In this document: piece by piece, positions 24,945 through 32,412 of the stretch | Position numbering within the stretch: the stretch's first letter is position 1 | Layout: every line of letters begins with the position of its first letter | Assembly: GCA_964441955.1 (NCBI GenBank) | Contig: CAYTWA010000004.1 | Span: forward strand, 149,541-213,540 | Direction: 5' to 3' | DNA length: 64,000 nucleotides | Source: an uncultured Elusimicrobia bacterium | GTDB lineage: Bacteria; Elusimicrobiota; Elusimicrobia; 2-01-FULL-59-12 | Notes under the pieces: model-generated | Told to the model about the DNA's origin: nothing | The model's database searches: none | Seen by the model: the letters and a program-made list of their open reading frames with translations, nothing else | Position numbers and translations under genes: made by a program

Positions 24945-26799
24945 GGGCGTGGTACGTGGTAAGTGGTACGTGATACGAAAAGGCGTGAAGACGCTAGCCA
25001 TCTTGCTTACCACGTACCACCTATCACGTACCACGTTGTGTGCCGCCGATTTTCAGATCTCTGCCAGCCTCGACAAATCCCAAGTGGCTTTAAACGAGCA
25101 AACCGTTCTCTCCATCCATGTCTCCGGCTCTGGGAACAGTCTTCCCAACCCCAAACTACCCGCGCTGGCGGGTTTTCAGGTTTACAACGCCGGCCGGTCG
25201 CAAAATTTTTCTTGGATAAATGGGCAAGCCTCCGCAAGCGTCACGCATAACTTTGTGCTCACGCCCTTGCAGGAAGGCACGTTTAAAATTCCGCCGATCG
25301 TAGCCGAAAAAGATGGGCAGACGGCGCAGACGGGCGAACTGACTCTACGGGTGACCTCGGCGTCGTCATCCTCCGCCGTCCCTGGCGGAGGATCCACTTC
25401 ATCGATGGATCCCCGACAGGGGCATTCGGGGATGACGGACGGGCGTACCGCGGCCATCTTTATCACCGGTACGGTGGATAAAGCCAGTGTTTACGTGGGC
25501 GAACCAGTGGTCTACACATTCCGGCTTTTTAACCGTGTTCCACTTTTGCGCCAACCAGGCTATCAAGCGCCCGACGTTCAAGGGTTATGGAAAGAGGACT
25601 TGCCGCCGCAGCGCAACTTTAAAACCACTGTTAAAGGCGTGCCGTATAACGTGACAGAAATACGCACCGCTCTTTTCCCGACCGCACCCGGCAAAGCCCG
25701 TATCGGCTCGGCGCAGCTTCAGGTGATGCTTGAAAACGTCGGGGGCGATCCATTCAGTTCGGATTTTTTCGCCAGTTTCTTCGGGCGCGGTGAAGAAAAA
25801 GTGTTACGCACCGAACCCCTTTCCATCAGCGCAAAGGCGCTCCCCGAGCCCAAACCGGCGGCATTTAACGGCGCGGTGGGCCATTACACGTTGTCCTCTT
25901 CGTTGGATAAAACGGAAACCTCTGTCGGTCAGCCGGTCACCATGACCGTAACGATCTCCGGCCGGGGCAACATCAAATCTTTGCCGGAGATCAGCTTCCC
26001 CGCGCTGCCCAATTTCCGCACCCTGGCCGATAACGCCGCGGTACACGTTGAAAACCAAAACGATGAGGTGCGCGGCTCGAAAGTGTTTAAGACTGTGCTC
26101 ATTCCCACTACGTCCGGCGACTTAACCATTCCCACGTTGTCCTACGTTTATTTCGATACCGAAGCGAAAGCCTATAAAACGCTGGCGTCAAAGGCCTTTA
26201 CGCTGAAGGTTTTAGCCGGAACGGGGCCTCAAAAAAGCGCTGATCCTTCGTCACCTTTGGGGCCTGCCGCAAGTCCAAGCCGCACCGCGGGCATCCAGCG
26301 TTTGGCCGAGGATATTCACTATATCCGCACCTCGGAGAAGATTTCTTCGCAGGGGCGGCCGCTTTACCAGCACGCGTGGTTTCGCTGGCTGCATTTTTTT
26401 TCTCTGATGGGCATAGGCGGCTTCGGGTTCATTCGCCTCTATCAGCGCTTGTTTTTATCAGACCGCGCTGCGGCGCGTTTTAAAAATGCCAAAGGGACCG
26501 CGCTCATCCGTTTGGCCAAGGCGGATAAAGCCGATGCCATGGCGCAAACGCTTCAAGACTATCTGGCCGATAAATTAAATTTGGAAAGCCGCGAATTGTC
26601 GCTTCGCTCGGCCCAAGAAAAACTGCGTACACGCAGTGTCAGCGCCCACACGTTAGAGAAAATACGCAGCCTTTGGGAAACGCTCGACTTGTACCGTTTT
26701 GCTCCGGCGCAAACGAGGACGGATGATGTCAGTCAAGCCAAGATCGCGCTTGGGCAGCTCATCGAAGGGCTCGAAAAGGAAATCTTGTGGAAAGTTTGA
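24931..26799 (+). CDS. batD: BatD-type oxygen-tolerance protein
   Basis: The tracked ORF is trimmed to ATG 24931, which lies inside the batC 3' end. Repeated Ig-like BatD modules are present ('FQISASLDKSQVALNEQTVLSIHVSG', 'GTVDKASVYVGEPVVYTFRL'). A TM helix lies near residue 500 and a helical C-terminus follows. Confidence 0.8.
   Translation: MKTGKGVVRGKWYVIRKGVKTLAILLTTYHLSRTTLCAADFQISASLDKSQVALNEQTVLSIHVSGSGNSLPNPKLPALAGFQVYNAGRSQNFSWINGQASASVTHNFVLTPLQEGTFKIPPIVAEKDGQTAQTGELTLRVTSASSSSAVPGGGSTSSMDPRQGHSGMTDGRTAAIFITGTVDKASVYVGEPVVYTFRLFNRVPLLRQPGYQAPDVQGLWKEDLPPQRNFKTTVKGVPYNVTEIRTALFPTAPGKARIGSAQLQVMLENVGGDPFSSDFFASFFGRGEEKVLRTEPLSISAKALPEPKPAAFNGAVGHYTLSSSLDKTETSVGQPVTMTVTISGRGNIKSLPEISFPALPNFRTLADNAAVHVENQNDEVRGSKVFKTVLIPTTSGDLTIPTLSYVYFDTEAKAYKTLASKAFTLKVLAGTGPQKSADPSSPLGPAASPSRTAGIQRLAEDIHYIRTSEKISSQGRPLYQHAWFRWLHFFSLMGIGGFGFIRLYQRLFLSDRAAARFKNAKGTALIRLAKADKADAMAQTLQDYLADKLNLESRELSLRSAQEKLRTRSVSAHTLEKIRSLWETLDLYRFAPAQTRTDDVSQAKIALGQLIEGLEKEILWKV
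24948..25035. repeat. 30-bp imperfect inverted repeat built from TACCACG-like heptamers, over the batD start region
   Basis: CGTGGTACGTGGTAAGTGGTACGTGATACG (24948..24977) pairs with CTTACCACGTACCACCTATCACGTACCACG (25006..25035). 26 of 30 positions are complementary and the loop is 28 nt. Confidence 0.8.
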
Positions 26800-27629
26800 C
26801 GGAAAAACAAAAAGAAAATAGAACCGCGCGGGCAAAGGCGAAAAGTTATAGAGCGCTGTCTTTATGTCTCTATTCCTTTGTCGCCGTGGTGCTATTTTCT
26901 TTTTGTTTTGTCGTGCCCCGCCCCGCCTCCGCGGAATCTCCTCAGGAAACGTTCAAGCGCGCCAATGTTTTGTATTCCGAAGGAAAATTCACAGAGGCGG
27001 CCTCCGCTTATCAAGAGGCACGCGCGCCCGGCCTTCGCCATTGGGCTTTGGAATACAACTTAGGCAATGCCTACTTTAAAACCGGCCAAATAGGCCGTGC
27101 CATTGCCGCCTACGAACGCGCCTTCCGTTTAAATTCCGGGCAACGCGACGTGTTCGCCAATTTACGCCTGGCCACGGAGCGGGTGGGTGACCCGGTTGTG
27201 CCCCAAAGCGCTTTACCGGCGTTAGCCTGGCGGCTCTTTTTTCGAATTTCGATCAACACGCTGACGGTTTTGGCATCGCTTTTGTTTCTGAGTTTATTGG
27301 GTGCGGGAGGGCTTTCGTTGCTGCGCGGGAAGTCCACCTTAACCGGTGAACAATGGGCGGCGCTCATCATGGCCTTCCTTATTATGGGCGCCTGGCTCGC
27401 CGGCCGCATTTACGAACTCGAAAAACCCATAGGCATCATCATCGCCGCTCCCACCGCGGAAGTCCGCTCTGGCCCCAACACGAGCTACCCCGCGAGCTTC
27501 ACCGTCCCGGAAGGCCGCCACGTTCTGATCCTCAAAGACCAAGAACCCATCGACGGCTGGCTAGAAATCGGCGTCCCCCAAGAAGGGCTTAAAGGATGGG
27601 TGCCGTCGCCAGCCCTTGAGGTTTTATAA
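26787..27629 (+). CDS. batE: BatE-type TPR + SH3b protein
   Basis: 280 aa with a GTG start overlapping batD by 13 nt. The basic N-terminus plus TM helix is paralogous to that of BatC. TPRs are present (EGKFTEAASAYQEA...), followed by 2-3 TM helices and a C-terminal SH3b-like 'AEVRSGPNTSYPASFTVPEGRHVLILKDQEPIDGWLEI'. Confidence 0.75.
   Translation: MESLTEKQKENRTARAKAKSYRALSLCLYSFVAVVLFSFCFVVPRPASAESPQETFKRANVLYSEGKFTEAASAYQEARAPGLRHWALEYNLGNAYFKTGQIGRAIAAYERAFRLNSGQRDVFANLRLATERVGDPVVPQSALPALAWRLFFRISINTLTVLASLLFLSLLGAGGLSLLRGKSTLTGEQWAALIMAFLIMGAWLAGRIYELEKPIGIIIAAPTAEVRSGPNTSYPASFTVPEGRHVLILKDQEPIDGWLEIGVPQEGLKGWVPSPALEVL
26803..26910. repeat. ~108-nt imperfect palindromic module encoding the BatE N-terminal anchor
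   Basis: ACAAAAAGAAAATAGAACCGCGCGGGCAAAGG...CCTTTGTCGCCGTGGTGCTATTTTCTTTTTGT. It is paralogous to 24257..24368, and some arm differences are compensated. Confidence 0.75.
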
Positions 27630-27733
27630 CCGGTTTATGGATAGGGCCTAAAAACCGAAAGGTCTGTTGTCCCTGAGACATAGCCATTTATCCTCTACCA
27701 AGCGCGCGATAAATCCATTAACTTTGAAGTCGA

Positions 27734-28903
27734 ATGCGTGCTTTAAACCATCTTGTCTCAAGCGTCTGCGCCGCGTCTGTTTTGATGGCGTCTGGGCAGC
27801 CGTATATTAAATCCGACCAAACGGAAAACTCGACTGTATCCCTTATGCTGGTGGAAGCTTTAGCATCTCCTGCTTTAAACGTGCATCGCCAGCATTTAAA
27901 TTCTGCGCAAATCAACATCGTGCGATTATGCGAAGCGTTCTGGACGCAAGGCCGATTCTGGGGTAACGTAGCCGTTTCGTCACTGCTTATTCCGATGCTC
28001 GGAATGGGTATGGGTGGGGGTAGCGGCTCGCTAATCAAAGTGAAGAAAAAGCCAGGACGTCGATTCCTTCCTGTGTCCCCAAAAGCGCTTCGATGGCTGG
28101 AGGCAAACCGAAATACACAGTCATCAGAAAGCGTCGAAAAACTCGCCATTCGTTTAGGGGCTAGTGTTTGGCAATTACGACAAGCGTTCTCTCGTTACAA
28201 TATTGAGAAAAAGGGTACGCGATCGAAAGGCGCCACTAAAGTAAACGCTCTCAAGAGAGTTGAAAAGGAGATTAGCACTTTAAAACAGAAAGGGATTGAC
28301 GTGCTCCCCGAGGGCATTCGGGAAGCGGCACAGAATCGCGGATTAACGGTCGATGAATTTTCCAAGATCCTGAACCGAAACGACATGAAGACCAAGGGAT
28401 CCGCTGGGGTTCCACGGCCTACACAAAAAGGCGAATTGTTCCAGCGGCTGATCGAATCGGACCAAACCGCCAGAATGACAATCCCGCAAATTATGGCTCA
28501 TACGGGGTATACCGATAGCACCGTTCGAAAAAAATTGAAAAACGCCCAACGCACATTTCGCGCGGAGCCAAGGAATAATTTGGCCGTCCCCTCAGCGTTA
28601 CCGCCCGTCGCTGCAAATCCCGCGAAAATGTCAGATCCATCCCAAACAAGAGCCGAACGCATAGTTTCCGTTTTTCATGCCAAGCATGGCCGCGGAACCA
28701 TTATTGAAGTGGATAGAGTTTATCGAAGTGTGAAAATTCAGTTTTCTGAGGGTATCAGATGGTTCTCGGGGAAAACGGCAGAATCCCTTTTAAGAAAACT
28801 TAATATCCCCTTTATGGTTATCTTTTTAATAGCACGCCATGAAAACTGCTGGTCTATAAATGACGCCCGAAGCGCCCGTTTGTCCATAACGACAGCCGCT
28901 TAA
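27734..28903 (+). CDS. Orphan protein (signal-anchor, Gly/Met-rich hinge, basic helical repeats)
   Basis: 389-aa ORF, visibly AT-richer than its neighbours. The N-terminal 'LVSSVCAASVLMASG' is followed by '...LVEALASPAL...'. No family recognised. Confidence 0.45.
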   Translation: MRALNHLVSSVCAASVLMASGQPYIKSDQTENSTVSLMLVEALASPALNVHRQHLNSAQINIVRLCEAFWTQGRFWGNVAVSSLLIPMLGMGMGGGSGSLIKVKKKPGRRFLPVSPKALRWLEANRNTQSSESVEKLAIRLGASVWQLRQAFSRYNIEKKGTRSKGATKVNALKRVEKEISTLKQKGIDVLPEGIREAAQNRGLTVDEFSKILNRNDMKTKGSAGVPRPTQKGELFQRLIESDQTARMTIPQIMAHTGYTDSTVRKKLKNAQRTFRAEPRNNLAVPSALPPVAANPAKMSDPSQTRAERIVSVFHAKHGRGTIIEVDRVYRSVKIQFSEGIRWFSGKTAESLLRKLNIPFMVIFLIARHENCWSINDARSARLSITTAA

Positions 28904-28943
28904 TTTTTCATGTAATGCGAGCAATCGAGTAAAATTCCCTTGC

Positions 28944-29528
28944 GTGCGGCAATCATCCCCCTTTATAAAGTTTGACCATTGGTTCAAAATCGCGCGGCGC
29001 GATCGTCGCATCGGCGATGCGACGGCCATGTGCGTCTCAACGATTTCCTCCGCGCTGTACCCCGATAACCGAATGGTGTTGTTGAAGGAATTTGACGAAC
29101 ATGGGTTCGTTTTTTTTACCAACCTAACGTCATCCAAAGGGCAGGCGCTTCGCCGCGCGCCGCGGGCGGCCATTACTTTTTTCTGGGAACCACTTGGACG
29201 GCAAGTCCGCATTCAGGGAAAGACCGAAATCGTCTCCGATGCCGAAGCCGATGCGTACTGGGTCACGCGGCCGCGTGTGTCGCAATTGGGGGCCTGGGCC
29301 TCCAAACAAAGCCGACCGCTTTCCAGTTACGCCTTCTTGATGAAGGAGGTTCGCAGGTACGCCAAGCAGTTTAAGGGTATACCCGTGCCTCGGCCGTCCT
29401 ACTGGACCGGCATCCGCGTGATTCCTTCCAAAATCGAATTCTGGTCTGCCCGCCCCAACCGTTTGCATGACCGGCTGCTTTATACCCGACGAGGGAAAAC
29501 CTGGCGCCTTCAGCGTCTGTTTCCTTAA
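28944..29528 (+). CDS. pdxH: Pyridoxamine 5'-phosphate oxidase
   Basis: 'RMVLLKEFDEHGFVFFTNLTSSKG', 'AITFFWEPLGRQVRIQG', 'YWVTRPRVSQLGAWAS.QS', 'PRPSYWTGIRVIPSKIEFW' and 'RLHDRLLY' are canonical PdxH blocks. It has a GTG start and a slightly short N-terminus. Confidence 0.8.
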   Translation: MRQSSPFIKFDHWFKIARRDRRIGDATAMCVSTISSALYPDNRMVLLKEFDEHGFVFFTNLTSSKGQALRRAPRAAITFFWEPLGRQVRIQGKTEIVSDAEADAYWVTRPRVSQLGAWASKQSRPLSSYAFLMKEVRRYAKQFKGIPVPRPSYWTGIRVIPSKIEFWSARPNRLHDRLLYTRRGKTWRLQRLFP

Positions 29529-29532
29529 TAAA

Positions 29533-29612
29533 CCCCTCCCTTTGAAAAAGGGAGGTTGGGAGGGATTTCGCCCTACGGCAAATCCCCCTCGATCCCCCTT
29601 TTTCAAAGGGGG
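29533..29612. repeat. Nested palindromic repeat (three hairpins; GGGAGG/CCCTCC family) downstream of pdxH
   Basis: CCTCCCTTT-gaa-AAAGGGAGG (29535..29555). GGGATTT...AAATCCC (29562..29586). CCCCCTTT-ttc-AAAGGGGG (29594..29612). Hairpins 1 and 3 are inverted copies of each other. Confidence 0.8.
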
Positions 29613-29635
29613 AAGTACACTATAATTCGCCTGCC

Positions 29636-30901
29636 ATGCTAGACCTCAAATGGATTCGTGAAAATCGTTCTGCGCTTGAACAGATGCTCTTTAGCCGGCG
29701 TTCTAAGCTTGATGTGGGTCCCCTCTATGATTTGGATGGTCAGCGGCGGAAAATTCTGACGGAATTGGAACAGCTTCAAGCACAGCGCAACAAAGCGGCT
29801 GATCAAATTGGGAAGTTAAAAGCTCAGAAAGCTGACACCTCCGCGGCCATTAAGGAAGTCGAAGGGCTAAAAGGGAAAGCCAAAGACTTGGAAACCCAGC
29901 TGGCTGAGGTCGAGCCCAAAGTAAACGATTTTCTGCTTCGCATCAATAACGTCCCCGACGCCTCCGTTCCGATCGGCGCGAGTGCGGCCGACAACAAGGT
30001 TCTTCGCGAAGTGGGGAAGCCTTCCACGTTTTCGTTCAAAGCCAAATCGCATCTGGAATTGGGCGAGTCCCTCGGGATTATCGATTTCAAATCCGGGGCT
30101 AAGCTTTCCGGGTCGGGGTTTCCTGTGCTGCGGGATAAGGGAGCACGGCTGGAGCGAGCACTCATCAATTTCATGCTCGATACCCACACGAAAGAGCATG
30201 GCTATACCGAAGTGTTCGCGCCTTATCTCGTGACCCCTCAAAGCATGCAAGGCACGGGCCAGTTGCCCAAGTTCGAAGAAGAGCTTTTCCGGGTGGACCG
30301 TGACAATTTGTATTTGATCCCCACGGCCGAAGTGAGCGTGACCAACCTGCACCGGGACGACGTGCTGGACGAGAAAGATCTCCCCAAAAAATATGTCTGT
30401 TACTCCGCGTGTTTCCGCCGCGAAGCAGGCTCCTACGGCCAAGACACGAAAGGATTGATCCGCAACCACCAATTCAACAAAGTCGAGTTGGTTCAATTTT
30501 CGAAACCGGAAGACTCGCTGGAAACGCTTGAACTGTTAACCGCAAGCGCGGAAAAAATCCTTTACAAGCTAAAAATTCCCTACCGAGTCATGGCCCTGTG
30601 TACGGGCGACATGGGATTTGCATCCGCGAAAACCTATGACCTTGAAGTTTGGCTTCCCAGTGAAAACAATTGGCGTGAAATATCGTCTTGTTCGACCTTC
30701 TCCGATTTCCAGGCGCGACGCCTAAACATTAAATTCAAGCGCGCAGACGGCAAAAAAGAATGGGTCCACACGTTAAACGGCTCGGGTGTGGCCATCGGCC
30801 GTACGTTTGCCGCGATCCTCGAAAACTTCCAGCAGGCTGACGGGTCGGTTCTGCTTCCGGAAGAACTACGCCCCTATGCCGGTTTCGATGTCCTCCGCTA
30901 A
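29636..30901 (+). CDS. serS: Seryl-tRNA synthetase
   Basis: 421 aa. 'MLDLKWIRENRSALEQ', a coiled-coil arm and the class II motifs ('FRREAGSYGQDTKGLIRNHQFNKVE', 'GSGVAIGRTFAAILENFQ') are all present. Confidence 0.95.
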   Translation: MLDLKWIRENRSALEQMLFSRRSKLDVGPLYDLDGQRRKILTELEQLQAQRNKAADQIGKLKAQKADTSAAIKEVEGLKGKAKDLETQLAEVEPKVNDFLLRINNVPDASVPIGASAADNKVLREVGKPSTFSFKAKSHLELGESLGIIDFKSGAKLSGSGFPVLRDKGARLERALINFMLDTHTKEHGYTEVFAPYLVTPQSMQGTGQLPKFEEELFRVDRDNLYLIPTAEVSVTNLHRDDVLDEKDLPKKYVCYSACFRREAGSYGQDTKGLIRNHQFNKVELVQFSKPEDSLETLELLTASAEKILYKLKIPYRVMALCTGDMGFASAKTYDLEVWLPSENNWREISSCSTFSDFQARRLNIKFKRADGKKEWVHTLNGSGVAIGRTFAAILENFQQADGSVLLPEELRPYAGFDVLR

Positions 30902-32210
30902 ACGTCTTCTCTTAAGCGCCTTGATACTTTTGGGTGCGGCGGCTTGTTTGGTTCTTTGTGCGTGGATGTTTCGCTTGCAGTCGCAAGCGGCGGATGAGCG
31001 CTTAAATGAAGTGTCCACGCTGGCCGACCCTTCCCCGTTTCGAGTCGCGCTGACCGGACATCTTGACCAAATGCATTTGGCTCTCCAAGCCTATAGTCAA
31101 AACCCGGACCCGGAGCTGGTGGAGCGAATCGATGTCAGTCGTCATGCGTTTGAAAAATCCCTGCAAGAATTTGGAAAACAAAGCCCACGGCTTTTTCCTG
31201 CGGGTGCGCGCGAAACCCTTTTGACCGCTTTTCATCCATTTGAAACATCCGTCAAACAAGCTTTGGACGTCAGCCGCGAACGCGCCGAGGCCCGAGGCGC
31301 GTGGCAGGGGGACTTTGAGCAGTTCCTTCAAACCATCCAATACCGTTTGCGGCCTTTATCACGAAAGGACCGCGAAGGGGCGGCTGTTCGAAACGACTCG
31401 CTGCTTAATATTGAAAATCAGTGGCGGGCATGGCAGCAAAACTTAGCCCAATTCTGGGCGGAGCCTGTCCCCGCCGCGTGGGCGCAGGCGCAAAAAAGCC
31501 AGGATCAAATCGACCGCCATTTCGCACTTTACAGCCAAGTCGCGGGTTTGGCGGCGGAGCGCCGTGAAATCCGCGTGCTTCATAATTTGTTCGTAGCCAA
31601 CGTCCAGCGGACGGACCAAATCAAGGCGCTTGGCAAAATTGCGGAGGGGGCTTTTAGCCAAACGGAAACTTATCGGCAGGACGTTTTGTCCGTTCTAGCC
31701 CGCATTTTGCCGGCGATGCGTCCCGAAGAATTGGAACAGAAGAAAAATGCCTTGTTCCGCCAAGTCCGTTTGCACTCGGCCGCCATGGTGGCTCTCGCGT
31801 TAGGGACGCTTGCGGGTAGCCTTTTGGGGTTGTTAGGCCTGGTTCGTCTTTGGAGAAAACCCACGGGGAAGGGAGGTCCGCCGCCCGTACCCGCCGGCCT
31901 ACATCCGCAGGAGGAAGTCGTCTTCGAAATGGACTTGAAAGGCCGCATCACCGGTTGGAGCCCTGCGGCGTCACGCTTTTATGGCTACAGCGAAGGCGAA
32001 ATCAAAAACCAATCCATTTCCCTTTTATTTGCTTCGGAAGATGAGATTACTCATCTTTATGAGGAGCTTAAATCCGGAAAGCAAGCCGGGGTGGATGCTC
32101 TACATAAAACCAAAGCGGGGGCCGCGTTCCCCGTTCGCATTGAATTCCAGCCGATCAAGAAAGGCGATCAAGCCGCTATTCGTTTAATTTGTAAACGTCG
32201 CTGTCGCTAG
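30876..32210 (+). CDS. Membrane-anchored sensor-like protein with a single C-terminal PAS domain and no output domain
   Basis: The tracked ORF is trimmed to ATG 30876 (or 30888), overlapping the serS 3' end. It has an N-terminal TM helix (LLLSALILLGAAACLVLCAW), a long helical region and a second TM helix. The PAS-like region is 'EVVFEMDLKGRITGWSPAASRFYGYSEGEIKNQSISLLF'. Confidence 0.6.
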   Translation: MPVSMSSAKRLLLSALILLGAAACLVLCAWMFRLQSQAADERLNEVSTLADPSPFRVALTGHLDQMHLALQAYSQNPDPELVERIDVSRHAFEKSLQEFGKQSPRLFPAGARETLLTAFHPFETSVKQALDVSRERAEARGAWQGDFEQFLQTIQYRLRPLSRKDREGAAVRNDSLLNIENQWRAWQQNLAQFWAEPVPAAWAQAQKSQDQIDRHFALYSQVAGLAAERREIRVLHNLFVANVQRTDQIKALGKIAEGAFSQTETYRQDVLSVLARILPAMRPEELEQKKNALFRQVRLHSAAMVALALGTLAGSLLGLLGLVRLWRKPTGKGGPPPVPAGLHPQEEVVFEMDLKGRITGWSPAASRFYGYSEGEIKNQSISLLFASEDEITHLYEELKSGKQAGVDALHKTKAGAAFPVRIEFQPIKKGDQAAIRLICKRRCR

Positions 32211-32412
32211 CAAGGACCCATAAAAAAAGGGCCCTTCGATCTATTGGAGTCACGCGGTTGCCACGCTATAGTGATGATGCTTCCCCGGCCAGCGTTGGCC
32301 TAAGCCGTACACCGTTGTCACCTACAGCGTAGTCTCTCCTCAAAGACGAAATAAACCAAAAAGGGCGTCGCCGCCGATCTGAAAGCTTTTCGCATTTCCG
32401 ATCGGGAGCCAC

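Noticed and set aside
20337-29612. Whether the many hairpin and inverted repeats (20337, 23148, 24257, 24948, 26803, 29533) form a CRISPR array.
   Set aside because: There is no regular direct-repeat/spacer periodicity. The repeats are inverted, dispersed over 9 kb and mostly inside or between bat genes. No cas genes are present in the window.
29867-30496. 209-aa ORF antisense to serS. Similar long antisense or alternate-frame ORFs include 35005..35613 inside the giant gene, 62458..63225 inside the dehydrogenase, 9414..9959, 9984..10424, 1051..1722, 51606..52097 and 60977..61411.
   Set aside because: They lie entirely within well-supported genes with strong family motifs. Their products are Arg/Gly/Pro/Ala-rich low-complexity sequence, as expected for stop-poor off-frames in GC-rich DNA. 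None has an SD or a recognisable domain.
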